Below the pieces are notes generated by a model. It did not search any database, had not been told where the DNA came from, and saw only the letters and a list, made by a program, of their open reading frames with translations. From a virus (Duplodnaviria > Caudoviricetes), in the IMG/VR virus record IMGVR_UViG_3300037602_000037: a DNA stretch of 64,000 nt, one strand, 5' to 3'. The number at the start of each line of letters is the position of its first letter. Positions within the stretch are counted from its first letter, which is position 1. This document shows, piece by piece, positions 47,346 to 58,045 of the stretch. Position numbers and translations under genes: made by a program.

Positions 47346-48455
47346 TTAAACACCTCCAGGGGCTTGCGCAGTTAACACAAGTTTTTCTAAGTACCTATTA
47401 TTTTGAATTAACTTAGTGGATGCAGTTATAATGTACTTACCAGTTAACTCTAAAGCTTCGCCTTGAGTAGCTGGATCCCATCCTTTAAATTCTACTACAT
47501 CCAATAAGTCTACACCCGATACTACGTTAGTAAGTAGCTCAATGTCATACGCAAATGTCGCTTTGATACGAGGGTTCTGGTGTATAGCATCATTCCATTT
47601 TTCGTGTGTGTTACCCGACAACGGAGGCAAGAAATTAATGCGACTACCAAGGTCACCAATAGCATCTTGTATAGAAGATGAAACAGAATTAGCTGCTGAC
47701 ATCATAGCCATTTGAATCTTATTAGCCTCAAACATAGAGCCATCTTCTTTTAACCCTATAGAACTAGTTCCGTAACCGTGACCAGAGTTACTAGCAAGTG
47801 ATTTGGGCGTCGTTGCATAAGTAAGAATAGGTAGACCGGAGTTGTCGTATGTGAATCTAGCTTTAGGTCCAGACTTAGACAGTTTTTCTAAGTCTTTGAA
47901 TTTTAAAACACCTGTATCAGTAACAGCTTGAATCATGGACGTAGCTTCTCCTGCGAAACTCTTAGAAGCTACGTGCTTAAGATACTGCGCGATAGTTGTT
48001 CCATTAGGGAGCCAATTCATAAAATCTTTTGTGGTATCAGCGTCAACTTTCAAACCTACCATACCGCCTATTTCGTTAAATACATCAGCGGAAGTACCCT
48101 TAACATTTTTATCAATAACTTTTTTCATATAACCAATTTTATCAAGAACAGCATTTACGCCAATTGCTGTGTATGTTCCCGAAGGAGCTATTTTAGGTTG
48201 GCCCATACTTTTAAAGTTCAAGGTAGGGTTCATTGATCTAATACCAGTACCTATGTCAATAGAAATAGGAGTACCGTCAAAAATTGGATTGTTTCTAAAT
48301 ATGGAGGCACTATCTTTGAAAGCGAAGTTAAAACTAGGTAAATATTGATGTATATTGTTTATTATATATAAGTGTGATATTATACTAGAATTTATACGCA
48401 AATCAGAACCGTTGGCTCTGATTTCTAAAGCGTACTGACCATCAATACCTTGCAT
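47346..48455 (-). CDS. baseplate hub protein
   Basis: Size and position before the spike; LTGKYII. Confidence 0.6.
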   Translation of the reverse strand: MQGIDGQYALEIRANGSDLRINSSIISHLYIINNIHQYLPSFNFAFKDSASIFRNNPIFDGTPISIDIGTGIRSMNPTLNFKSMGQPKIAPSGTYTAIGVNAVLDKIGYMKKVIDKNVKGTSADVFNEIGGMVGLKVDADTTKDFMNWLPNGTTIAQYLKHVASKSFAGEATSMIQAVTDTGVLKFKDLEKLSKSGPKARFTYDNSGLPILTYATTPKSLASNSGHGYGTSSIGLKEDGSMFEANKIQMAMMSAANSVSSSIQDAIGDLGSRINFLPPLSGNTHEKWNDAIHQNPRIKATFAYDIELLTNVVSGVDLLDVVEFKGWDPATQGEALELTGKYIITASTKLIQNNRYLEKLVLTAQAPGGV

Positions 48456-48464
48456 AGTTATACC

Positions 48465-48836
48465 TCAAAATGTAATTACTTTACCTGATAATGATTCCTT
48501 ACTATCAGATTTTATAATAGAAATTATTCCATTTACGTCCGGTACGTAAAATACTTCCCCAGTAGGTATTTCATGGGGGTGTATATAGTCAGAACATGCT
48601 ACTATTACAGGCCATAATGCTGTAGTGCCCCAAATCTCAAAAGACAGCGTAGTTACAGGCTTTGAGTTACTGTACTCAACTCTAATAGGTCTCGGTAGTT
48701 GCAAAATACTAGTAAATTTTTTACCAAACGGAGTTATTAACCCGCTATTACCTTCAAGTAAATTTTGCAAGAGAACATCTGGGGCAGTATAGGTAGCAAT
48801 AGACGTGTAAACTGCTCCTTGCTTCTTAGTAATCAT
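48465..48836 (-). CDS. baseplate gp53/LysM-like protein
   Basis: LSFEIWGTTALWPVI..P.EIPTGE..YVP. Confidence 0.65.
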   Translation of the reverse strand: MITKKQGAVYTSIATYTAPDVLLQNLLEGNSGLITPFGKKFTSILQLPRPIRVEYSNSKPVTTLSFEIWGTTALWPVIVACSDYIHPHEIPTGEVFYVPDVNGIISIIKSDSKESLSGKVITF

Positions 48837-49486
48837 AGACTACTACCTCCACCAAAGGATCGTGCATTTAAGAAATCCGCTGTACCGTATACAAGTGATG
48901 TACGGAAAGTACATTCTACTTCTCCAGAAATAGGAAACCCGTCTTTATCAAGTTTAGTATCCAATGTTTCTGATGCGGCACTTATTATACAGTCTTCGAA
49001 TATCATCATTCTTCCAATGCGAACAGTGACACCATATCCTTCTCTACCACCGAAAGCTCCTGTCAATCCACCTTTAGGACCAGGAGGATATAGTAACCCA
49101 CCAGCCCCGTTAACTGGAAGAACCATCTGCATTAAGGCAGTTATTGGCCTATATACATCTTCTAACCCTGAAGAATTGGCGTCAAATAATAACGTCAACG
49201 GTATTTCTAAAGGGGTAGTCCCCATCCACATTTGATATGACAAGGCTTGAGACTGTGGGTTAGCACCAATACTAGAAGCTATAGCGCTTGCAGCACCACC
49301 TGTAACATTATCAAGTAAACCTGCCAATGTAGTAGGTAACGGGCTTTCCCAATCTGATTGAACCCCTAGATTAGTAGTTTCGGGTAAATCCGCTAAAATA
49401 TCAATACCATGACCGTTACATGATATTTGACATATATAGTTAGGGTTTGTAGCCTTAGCTCCATTAAGTAATCTATTTTTACCCAT
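48833..49486 (-). CDS. tail tube initiator-like baseplate protein
   Basis: Position after tape measure; GFPISGEV. Confidence 0.5.
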   Translation of the reverse strand: MGKNRLLNGAKATNPNYICQISCNGHGIDILADLPETTNLGVQSDWESPLPTTLAGLLDNVTGGAASAIASSIGANPQSQALSYQMWMGTTPLEIPLTLLFDANSSGLEDVYRPITALMQMVLPVNGAGGLLYPPGPKGGLTGAFGGREGYGVTVRIGRMMIFEDCIISAASETLDTKLDKDGFPISGEVECTFRTSLVYGTADFLNARSFGGGSSL

Positions 49487-49496
49487 ATCTTTTCCT

Positions 49497-52400
49497 TTAA
49501 GCCATAAATTGCGAATTAGCCATCAACATAGCTAACTCGTCAGTATGGGGAATACCGCTAGGATTAGGAACAGTATCATTTGATTTATTGCTTTCACCGC
49601 TACTAGATCTGCCTTGAGCAACTGAGTTGGCTGGTTTCCTAGCGGGTGGTTCAAACGGCGAAGGCATACTTTGAACAGAAGATAAGGATGGAGCTTTAAC
49701 ACGATCTTGCCCGTATTCTCCCATTCCTTTACCTATTAACTTACCCACTTCCGTAGGCCTCATGTTAACAATGTTTTCTTTTAATCCAAGCCTATTTCCT
49801 ACATTGGAACTTAACATCTGTTGAGCAGAAGATGTCTTTGTCTTAACCAATCCCAAAGCTTTATCAGCAGTAAACCCAGGCTTATCCCTTTTATTGCTAA
49901 TCATTTCATTATATGTTGGCATAGGTTTACGTTTAGGATCGCTAGTGTCCTCAACTTTTACTGGTTTTGTAGAAACTACGCGAGCAGGAACACCTACTTG
50001 TCCCTTCTTCCAAGCTTCCATGTTAAAGTCTTTGCGACCAGCACGGCCTTCTTCCATGGCCTTACTAATCCACGACTTTTCAGATCCCCAAGTTGCTTCC
50101 GAACCGTATCCGACATGTATGCGATGCTTTCCCATGTAAGATGCACCAGCACCAACACCAGTAGCGCCCGCACGACTACTTTCTCTAATGAAATTTTCAA
50201 AGTATGGCCTATCGTCTGGGTTAGTAAAATCTAGCTTACGACCACCTTTCCAGAGGTCTATATCTCCTGCTCCCCCATTATCATGCCTAGTAGAACCAGT
50301 CCAACCCCCAGGCTTCTTATGCATAAGTGGATTACGAGAAGATGATTGTCCCCCGGAAGCTACAACTACCTTATCAATACCAGCTTGCTGTGCAGCGTAG
50401 TTATATACATCTTGTAGGGACTCCTGTAAATCTTTATTACGTATCTTGCCTTTGTTAGCCATAACAATGCGGTTTTCAAAACCTGATGGTCCTGAAGGAG
50501 TAATAGGTTTACCATTTCCTAAAGGTATACTATTAGGATCAAGAACACCAGAACTTATTAGACCAGCTGGAGTAGCTGCTCCTTTTTGTACGTCAGCTAA
50601 GTAAGCTTTACGCTTACCAATTTCCTTATTAGGATATTTAGGACGCTCAAACTGACGAACATGGGCGGATAAAGCTTCTTCAGAAGTAGTAGCCGACGTT
50701 ATAGCAGCGTTAGCACCTTTATGTGTACCAAGCATTTCTTGGCGATAAAATTCTTGCTGTACTGATCTATCTCTCCAGTCTTTACCTTGTTTAGCTGCTA
50801 GAGCCTTCAATGCTCTAAGACGCGATCCTCGCCATTGAGCCGTACCACCTGACGGTTTACCTAAATCATTAGGATTGTAAGCAGCAGGATCTAGGCTAGA
50901 TCCACTTTCGCCTCTCATAGAGGCGATTTCACCTTTGGCCTGTTCATGGGTTCTACCAAGACCACCTTGGTCTAAAGGCTTAGTAAGAAACTCGTACCAA
51001 CTCTTAACATTTTCGTTAGCGCCAGAACCAGTAAGTGAAGAAGTACCTTTAACCTTTGTAGATACGTTTTTATAAGCTCCTATATCGGTAGAAGTGAAAG
51101 CATTACTAGGACCAGCAACTTCTGGCATATTGCCATTATAAGGACTTTTGCCAAATAATCCCGTATTAGTTCCTATCTGCCCCGCCGCAGTTGGGCTAAC
51201 AGATTTTCCATCTTGCTGCGAGCCTCCAGTAGATTCATTAGGACTTCTATAAGAAGGATGATTCATAGGGTTACTGGGATCGTTAAATACGCTAGGTCCA
51301 GAACCACCATTCTTCACTTCTTCAGCACTGTCAGCATCGGCTCTATCAAGTCTATGATTTTTACGCCTATCTGAATTACCATCTTCAACAGCGCGAGTAG
51401 TTTCTGACGTGGTGTATGCAAGCACCTTAGTATTATTCTGCATAGCGCGGAATACCCTGCGCATTCCAGCATCAAGTACACTTTCCCTTGCTTTAGACTG
51501 AGTAGACGAACTTGTACTACTCAAGTTTTGCATCATATTTTCTACTGTATCAGCTCCACGAGTGATACCTAAGTAGCCAGTAGTTACGTTGGTAGAAGGC
51601 GTAATAGCCCCGCCAGCTTCCTGACTTTTCCTATAGGCTTCTTTGCGCATAGCATCCAAATAACGAGGGCTATTCACATCAGCATCAAAATTGTCAGCTG
51701 CCTCTTCAAAGGACGTAGTACTACTTCTATTTCTGTTACCACGCCCAGGAAGAGTTTCAGTGAAAGGTCGCTTACCAGAAGGTTTGCTATTATCTTCGCC
51801 AGTAATCCAGTTAAACAAATCTTTTGCATGTCCTAAAGGCGACTTCATAGTCGATTGTCCTTTAGTTATTTCTTCCATTCTTTCTATATTGAGCAATGCT
51901 CTCTCAGCCGACCTAGTAGAAAGGGATTTGCCAGTGAAATACTCTGGAGCTCCGAATAGTATTGAGTCAATAGCCCCCGCTATACCCGCATCTACTTTTT
52001 GTGTAGTACTAAGTTTGTTGCCACTGTCTATTTTATTAGCATTTTGATAGCCTGTGTAACCCCCATAGGCTCCAATAATAGGGGTTGCAACTTTACCTAT
52101 AAGTTTTAGACCGCCTTTCACGCCGCCCTTTATAAGCTTATCAAAACCTATTGTACTTAATAGCTTACCTGCTCCTGACATGCTACTTTTAAACAATAAG
52201 GATACTGAAGCAGCCAGACCTTTAATACTATTAAGAATAGTTGTAGACATATTAGCAACATGTCCACCGGCTTTTGTAACAACTGTTGAGGTTGAGCGAG
52301 TTACTATTTTGCCTGTATTAACAAACATATTCCGCAAGGAACCTGACAGGTTACTAGCAAATTGTTTGGTGCTACTTAAAGTGTTAGAAAATAGCTTATT

Positions 52401-52721
52401 TTTTATGCTATTAGCGGAAGTTGCTAACTTACCGATTTTACCTTTAGAAAATACTTGCTTTAAAGCGTCATGACCAAGCTTTAGACCAATTATATCCGCA
52501 ATACCAAGGCCACCACTACCCGCGCTTGAGTAAATTGCAGCCTTGATATCACGTAATAGTTCAATTTGGTCTTCAGAATTCTCTAGAAGCTCTTTATTAC
52601 TATCTATGACATTGACCTGGTATTCTTCCTCGTTTTTCATACGAGTTTTTTCTTCGCGATCTGAAACAATAGACCGCATACCAAATAGGCTTTTCATTTT
52701 ATCGCTATACAGGTCAGCCAT
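49497..52721 (-). CDS. tape measure / tail-associated lysin
   Basis: Tail lysozyme motif GES..LDP..GTAQW.GSR; peptidase-like RHDNGGAGD...RIHVG; follows the chaperones. Confidence 0.7.
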   Translation of the reverse strand: MADLYSDKMKSLFGMRSIVSDREEKTRMKNEEEYQVNVIDSNKELLENSEDQIELLRDIKAAIYSSAGSGGLGIADIIGLKLGHDALKQVFSKGKIGKLATSANSIKNKLFSNTLSSTKQFASNLSGSLRNMFVNTGKIVTRSTSTVVTKAGGHVANMSTTILNSIKGLAASVSLLFKSSMSGAGKLLSTIGFDKLIKGGVKGGLKLIGKVATPIIGAYGGYTGYQNANKIDSGNKLSTTQKVDAGIAGAIDSILFGAPEYFTGKSLSTRSAERALLNIERMEEITKGQSTMKSPLGHAKDLFNWITGEDNSKPSGKRPFTETLPGRGNRNRSSTTSFEEAADNFDADVNSPRYLDAMRKEAYRKSQEAGGAITPSTNVTTGYLGITRGADTVENMMQNLSSTSSSTQSKARESVLDAGMRRVFRAMQNNTKVLAYTTSETTRAVEDGNSDRRKNHRLDRADADSAEEVKNGGSGPSVFNDPSNPMNHPSYRSPNESTGGSQQDGKSVSPTAAGQIGTNTGLFGKSPYNGNMPEVAGPSNAFTSTDIGAYKNVSTKVKGTSSLTGSGANENVKSWYEFLTKPLDQGGLGRTHEQAKGEIASMRGESGSSLDPAAYNPNDLGKPSGGTAQWRGSRLRALKALAAKQGKDWRDRSVQQEFYRQEMLGTHKGANAAITSATTSEEALSAHVRQFERPKYPNKEIGKRKAYLADVQKGAATPAGLISSGVLDPNSIPLGNGKPITPSGPSGFENRIVMANKGKIRNKDLQESLQDVYNYAAQQAGIDKVVVASGGQSSSRNPLMHKKPGGWTGSTRHDNGGAGDIDLWKGGRKLDFTNPDDRPYFENFIRESSRAGATGVGAGASYMGKHRIHVGYGSEATWGSEKSWISKAMEEGRAGRKDFNMEAWKKGQVGVPARVVSTKPVKVEDTSDPKRKPMPTYNEMISNKRDKPGFTADKALGLVKTKTSSAQQMLSSNVGNRLGLKENIVNMRPTEVGKLIGKGMGEYGQDRVKAPSLSSVQSMPSPFEPPARKPANSVAQGRSSSGESNKSNDTVPNPSGIPHTDELAMLMANSQFMA

Positions 52722-52735
52722 TTATTTATCATCCA

Positions 52736-52954
52736 TTACCGGTTGTTATTTGCTGTTACTTTTATCAAGACGTTCAACGCTCTAACTATAACGTCTAGGG
52801 AAGCAATATACTTCTTAGGATAAGGATCCATACCATCTTCTTGTCTTGATTCCTTCACTAACCTTTGGTGGTTATGAAAGAATTGAATAGTAGGTGTTTC
52901 ATCTGTAATATGTATACCATGGTATTTACATAAGTCATACTGTACATCCATCAA
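52736..52954 (-). CDS. tail assembly chaperone, second ORF
   Basis: Small ORF between chaperone and tape measure, no SD. Confidence 0.5.
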   Translation of the reverse strand: MMDVQYDLCKYHGIHITDETPTIQFFHNHQRLVKESRQEDGMDPYPKKYIASLDVIVRALNVLIKVTANNNR

Positions 52955-52964
52955 GAAGTTAGGA

Positions 52965-54098
52965 TCAAACAGCGGGAAAGAAAGAGGTGGCAGTAATAGC
53001 TACTGGCACCACCTCCGGTGTAGGAGTTACTTTTTCACCCTTATTAAGTGATTCTTCTATATTATCAGCTTCCTCGAATAGAGCTTTGACTAACGAAGCC
53101 ATTCTGATGAGCATCAAATTATCTTCAGTATCACTATTGTCTACTTCTTCCTCGCTACCTTCATTATTAGCTTTTTCCATAAGGGATACAGTTTCTGCTA
53201 GTTCCCTAGCTTCCTTACGGAAGTATTCAATTGCTTTTTGTGGATCAAAGGAAGTATCAACTATTTCAAGAGTTTCTACTAGACCGTGGTTTATATGCTT
53301 TTTAAATTCTACTATATCTTCATATAAAGCTAAACCACCACGGTTTAGCGCTTCTATTTTCTTTTCCACGTAAGACATTTCATCATTATCTACCAAGTCT
53401 TCAGGAATAGGCACAAATTGTGCTTGCTCAAGCAACCACTTCCTATCTTCCGGAAAATCATCGGAGTTTTCTATTAACTCCGCGTCCCTCATAGTAGGGA
53501 AGCATATACCTTTTTCTTTCCATCCATTAAATTCTTTTTGTGTCATGTTCAACTCGTTAATTTCCAAGTTGGACATACGAATTTCAACATCAATAGTGTT
53601 ACCATACCTAGTGGTGTACTGGAACTTATGAGGATACTTCTTATAAGAGTTTTCACGCAGCCAGAACAAGTAAAATTCGAAATCTGTTGGTGTAAGGTTA
53701 CGCACATCAACATTAATATAAGGATCTACAGCATCAAGCAGTATGCTAATAGATTCACTTTTATTAGCCGCATGTATCATCGATAAAGCGGCTATGTCTA
53801 AAGGCTTAACAAATATCTCTTTGGTATCATATGGAACCATAAGAGAAGGTAAATTCTGCCTAATCCAACCCTTTCCTGGCGACGACGAAGAATTAACCAT
53901 AGGGTCTTCAACTTCAGAAGTTTCCCTCCTTTTAATAGTTACTTCGTCATCTTTGATAGTATCATGTCTTTCTTGAGCAGGAGACTTTCTAGCCTTTTGA
54001 ATTTCTTCTTGTATTGACTCATCAAATTTGAAAGGTTTAGCAGCTTTACTACTTCCAAATACATCAACTTCTCCGCTTCGTATTTCTCTGGTTTTCAT
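52965..54098 (-). CDS. tail assembly chaperone (T4 gp26-like)
   Basis: LPS..Y..IFVKP, LT..DF.F..FWLR.NS; ends in FFP. Confidence 0.65.
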   Translation of the reverse strand: MKTREIRSGEVDVFGSSKAAKPFKFDESIQEEIQKARKSPAQERHDTIKDDEVTIKRRETSEVEDPMVNSSSSPGKGWIRQNLPSLMVPYDTKEIFVKPLDIAALSMIHAANKSESISILLDAVDPYINVDVRNLTPTDFEFYLFWLRENSYKKYPHKFQYTTRYGNTIDVEIRMSNLEINELNMTQKEFNGWKEKGICFPTMRDAELIENSDDFPEDRKWLLEQAQFVPIPEDLVDNDEMSYVEKKIEALNRGGLALYEDIVEFKKHINHGLVETLEIVDTSFDPQKAIEYFRKEARELAETVSLMEKANNEGSEEEVDNSDTEDNLMLIRMASLVKALFEEADNIEESLNKGEKVTPTPEVVPVAITATSFFPAV

Positions 54099-54128
54099 TT
54101 TACTTTTCCTTTGTATTGTTGTTCCGTT

Positions 54129-54620
54129 TTATAAGCTAAATTCAAGTGTGTCAACACTGAATTGCTGGTTTACTTGTACCCTGCCAGATGAATCCTCATA
54201 TGAATATGACGTTGCCCCAGTGGCAGCAGGCCAACAATTTTGGTAAGCTAACTGCATTATAGGTTTATTAGTTTTCAAGTTATATAGTTCAACGTATATT
54301 CTCTTTTTATAATCATTGGCTACCCCGTAAGAACCATCTAGCGGGTTAAATACCTTTTCTTTCCATTCTTTAAGCCACTTAGTAACGGAATACTTATCAT
54401 CTTCATAGAACATGATGTTAAGGCTTTCGATGTCAGTAGTATCAGCAAAGTAGTTATTACTACCCTGACTACGTCTACCTTTAGCCTCAGTATTTATATA
54501 CGTAGCTTCAATGGTTTCTACTATTCCCTTATAAGGGCCAGGTTGACCATCAAACAAAGTAATCCACCGGAATAAAGGAGCGGGTGGTGGAAGATTTAAT
54601 ACATCGGTTCTAGTAAGCAT
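54129..54620 (-). CDS. tail tube-like protein
   Basis: Tube-fold paralogue; NCWP..YSY..QFSVD. Confidence 0.65.
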   Translation of the reverse strand: MLTRTDVLNLPPPAPLFRWITLFDGQPGPYKGIVETIEATYINTEAKGRRSQGSNNYFADTTDIESLNIMFYEDDKYSVTKWLKEWKEKVFNPLDGSYGVANDYKKRIYVELYNLKTNKPIMQLAYQNCWPAATGATSYSYEDSSGRVQVNQQFSVDTLEFSL

Positions 54621-55116
54621 TTTTTAAGTCCAATCCGTCGCAACTAAACTGAACAGTGAAAGCATACGGTCCCGGCGTCTCTCCCAATTCAGCGGGTTCC
54701 TTTGCAATAGGATAAGCATTTAGTAGAGTATACGTTAAAGCTGCTTTACCCGTTGTATCATATATAAATACTGGCATGTCAACAGCGTAGTTTAATTTAC
54801 TTACTGACACACCAGAATCTGAATCTCGTACTAACTTCATCCAATTGTAAATAGATAGAGAAACACCACCAGTAACTATTTCATGGAAATTAACTGAGAA
54901 CTGGTTATCGAACTCTAATGATCCAGCGTGGGCTACACTGTGGCCAAATAATTTTACTACTGTATGACCAACACCAACTGTTGGTAAAGATGAAGACTCG
55001 TACAATTTACTCAACAAGTCCCCATTTACTCCCGGTAAAGATGGGAATATTATCTTATGCCTATCACCGGATAATATATCCGGTAAACTGTTTAGTTCAT
55101 TAAAGAATACAGGCAT
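54610..55116 (-). CDS. tail tube-like protein
   Basis: Clear paralogue of 55202-55726. Confidence 0.7.
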   Translation of the reverse strand: MPVFFNELNSLPDILSGDRHKIIFPSLPGVNGDLLSKLYESSSLPTVGVGHTVVKLFGHSVAHAGSLEFDNQFSVNFHEIVTGGVSLSIYNWMKLVRDSDSGVSVSKLNYAVDMPVFIYDTTGKAALTYTLLNAYPIAKEPAELGETPGPYAFTVQFSCDGLDLKNAY

Positions 55117-55136
55117 TTTTATACCTTAAATAGAAA

Positions 55137-55172
55137 AAGGGTTCGCGAAAGAATTAACAATCGCGAACCCTT
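55137..55172 (-). terminator. rho-independent terminator after the main tube gene
   Basis: AAGGGTTCGCGA/TCGCGAACCCTT with a T run on the minus strand. Confidence 0.75.
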
Positions 55173-55201
55173 GGTTATCCAAATGGTATAGGTTATAGAA
55201 A

Positions 55202-55726
55202 TTAAAGTACAGGGATTCCACCTACTAACATTCTATCGAAGGAGAATGTTGCAGATAGTTCCATACCTTGCGATGACTGACCATCAAGCTGTACATCGCC
55301 AACTTCTTGTGGGAAGAAGTTTTCCATTTTAAATGTACCGGCCACAGAACCAGTTACATCGTACACTAGCAAAGTAGCATCAATTGAATACTGATTTTTG
55401 TATCCCGATGAGCTACCACTTTCTGTACCAACTATATACTCATCCCAAGCTTTTAAGGCTATGTAGTTACGTAAGTCAGCAACTTCACGATACGTAACGG
55501 CTAGCGTGCGGGTATACATTTTTCGACCACGGAATTTGGTAACATGTCCGTGTAGATTGTTTTCCCAAACCTCGTTTTGAAATCCAGGAATACTAGCTGT
55601 TAAACAAGATAACGTGAGATCAAAAGATGACCCGGCGTTAGGCAAGTTGCCAAGTAATAGCTCAAAAGCCGATGTATCAATAGCATCAGGAAGGCTATTA
55701 ACTTGGTTAAAAGTTATACGTCCCAT
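55202..55726 (-). CDS. major tail tube protein
   Basis: Directly after the sheath; FFPQEVGDVQLD..ATFSFD. Confidence 0.8.
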   Translation of the reverse strand: MGRITFNQVNSLPDAIDTSAFELLLGNLPNAGSSFDLTLSCLTASIPGFQNEVWENNLHGHVTKFRGRKMYTRTLAVTYREVADLRNYIALKAWDEYIVGTESGSSSGYKNQYSIDATLLVYDVTGSVAGTFKMENFFPQEVGDVQLDGQSSQGMELSATFSFDRMLVGGIPVL

Positions 55727-55747
55727 AGTATAGGTTTCCTTCCACTA

Positions 55748-58021
55748 TTAGGCGAAATTCGCGGTTTCATCAATAATTTCTTCGAACGCAGCACCAGTAC
55801 GTACCAGATAACCACGAACAAGGATGCCTTTAACCACTCGCGTGATTTTCAAGTATACATAGTAGTGTAACTGATCCGCATCGATAACTTCAGGCGGGTT
55901 ATTATCATCATCGCACTTAATACGATAATCATAAAGTCCACCTGTACCATCCCTACGAGTCATAGGCTTCAACAAGGTCTCACCAACTTGTATCGCGTTG
56001 TTACGTGTATACGCGGTATGGGGTTCAAACAATGTGTAATCGAGACTATCAACAAGACCAGTCTTGATGATGTTAAGAATACGACGAGCATGAACCGAAG
56101 AAAGAATAGTTTTCTTCACCTGCAGAGTTTCTTCTGCCATAACCACAGGACCGTTAATAGGTCGATCCTCGATGTAGTTAAGACCAACACCATATAGAAG
56201 TTCTTGCTCAGACGGAGTATACTTATGGCGAAGACCAATAGCGTACTTAACACCGCCACGGTTAAGACCAGCAGGCGCTCCAATATTGTTAGTAAGCCTG
56301 TCAGAATAGGAGTAAGTAGCTCCAATAGGACCAGACGGCGGAATGTACCTATGCTCACCAGTATTGATATCCGCTATAAGAACATCAGGTGTATACATAG
56401 CAACGTAGGAGCTATCGATATCAAGCTCGTTAACTCGATACTCACGTAAAGTCTGCGCTTTCTGCTTATCAGAAGGTGCATCAAGAATAGCCAAGCAGTC
56501 AGAACGACGTTCAGCTACGCCAGCCATTTCCTTTTGAACTTCAATAGCGGTATAACCACCGTTCAGAAGGATATCAACCGGGTAGTTAACGCGGTCTTCA
56601 ATAGATAACCATCCCTGCCTAATCTGGGCAGAAGTACACGCAATACCGTCATCCCCGCCACCAAGCCAAGTAATAAGGCTAGGAGCAGATACTGGGTTAC
56701 CATCCGCTTTGTATACGGACAAGGAGGAAGTATCATAAGACTCAGGGCTTTGTGTAACACGCAATTCTACTGATTGGGTAGAACCCATGTTAATGCGCTG
56801 ACTTATATTCTCCGAGTAACCAAGAGAGTTAAGCTGACGAGGGAAAGCCACTGTGTAAGTATCAATAGGTAGATTAACGTTTGACCTATCAAACACTTCA
56901 AGACGGAATGAATTGTCAGCCGCGTTACCACGTAGTGTCTTAGCTAATGATACTGCAACTTGGCTATCTCCGAGAGTAACCGCCGCATCAGAAATAGTAG
57001 TAACACCATCACCTGGACGGTTAACAACTATTTCAATAGTACGGTCATTATCAGCTCCGCCTGTAACAGAAACAACGGAAGCGGAGAATATGTCATCGTT
57101 TGCTTCAAGAGCGGTAGCCAAGGCTGCTAAAGTAGTATCAGAGTCAGTATCAAAAGTAGCTGATACAGCAGTCTCATTTACGTTCACAGATATTACGTTG
57201 CTAGTTACCAAAGCACCAGCAATAGTAAGAGTCCAGCGTTCACGAACACCAGTATCAATATTACTGATTTTAATACCGATATCGTTAGCCCACTTACCAG
57301 GGTTTTCTGCGAAAACATCGGCAAAGCGATTGTCTTCATGCATAACCGCTACACCGGTGCCATCAAGTGCAAGGTTAGTAAAACTAATCTGGAAAGAACT
57401 AGGAATACGTATCAGTATTAGTTTGTTATTCCCAGATGATTCAGATTTAACTTTGACACTAGAACCAGTACCGAAGGTGTTAAGTGCATTCTGTATAGCG
57501 ATAGCAATGTTTGCTAATGTATCATTAACGCTAGTAGCATACGTTACAGTAGTTATAGACTGTGTAGAGTCACCATCAGTAACGTCTATGTCGAAAGTGT
57601 CATCAGCTACCATGTCTTCCGTGAACGACAACACGAAGAACTGACTAAGCCCTCCTTCATAGTCATTGTACGAAAAACTATCCGGAAATGGATCAATCAT
57701 TAATCGATCATTGTCGGAGTCCAAGAAGATAGTAGCACCAGCATACATAGCCTTATTAACAGTACGCGTAATAAGAACGGTGCTAGTTTCTTTCATAGTA
57801 GCTTCAACGGTATCATAAGCAAAGCTGATAGTAGGATCAGCCTTACTACCATACATACGCTTAAAATTTTCGATAAGCCCATTAGTATAAGTGGGCTTTA
57901 ACGGCCCTCTTTCAAACTCACCAACTACAGCATGACGATTGCCAATTTGGACGTAAGCCTGCTGCGTTAAATCAATAGTTTGAAACTTTGTACTAGGGCG
58001 CAAGAAAACGGGTAGAGTCAT
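55748..58021 (-). CDS. tail sheath protein
   Basis: GEFERGP, PGKWAN, APAGLNRG, VHARR, CDDDNNPPE. Confidence 0.93.
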   Translation of the reverse strand: MTLPVFLRPSTKFQTIDLTQQAYVQIGNRHAVVGEFERGPLKPTYTNGLIENFKRMYGSKADPTISFAYDTVEATMKETSTVLITRTVNKAMYAGATIFLDSDNDRLMIDPFPDSFSYNDYEGGLSQFFVLSFTEDMVADDTFDIDVTDGDSTQSITTVTYATSVNDTLANIAIAIQNALNTFGTGSSVKVKSESSGNNKLILIRIPSSFQISFTNLALDGTGVAVMHEDNRFADVFAENPGKWANDIGIKISNIDTGVRERWTLTIAGALVTSNVISVNVNETAVSATFDTDSDTTLAALATALEANDDIFSASVVSVTGGADNDRTIEIVVNRPGDGVTTISDAAVTLGDSQVAVSLAKTLRGNAADNSFRLEVFDRSNVNLPIDTYTVAFPRQLNSLGYSENISQRINMGSTQSVELRVTQSPESYDTSSLSVYKADGNPVSAPSLITWLGGGDDGIACTSAQIRQGWLSIEDRVNYPVDILLNGGYTAIEVQKEMAGVAERRSDCLAILDAPSDKQKAQTLREYRVNELDIDSSYVAMYTPDVLIADINTGEHRYIPPSGPIGATYSYSDRLTNNIGAPAGLNRGGVKYAIGLRHKYTPSEQELLYGVGLNYIEDRPINGPVVMAEETLQVKKTILSSVHARRILNIIKTGLVDSLDYTLFEPHTAYTRNNAIQVGETLLKPMTRRDGTGGLYDYRIKCDDDNNPPEVIDADQLHYYVYLKITRVVKGILVRGYLVRTGAAFEEIIDETANFA

Positions 58022-58045
58022 TTTTTTAGCCTTTAATAGTAACAG

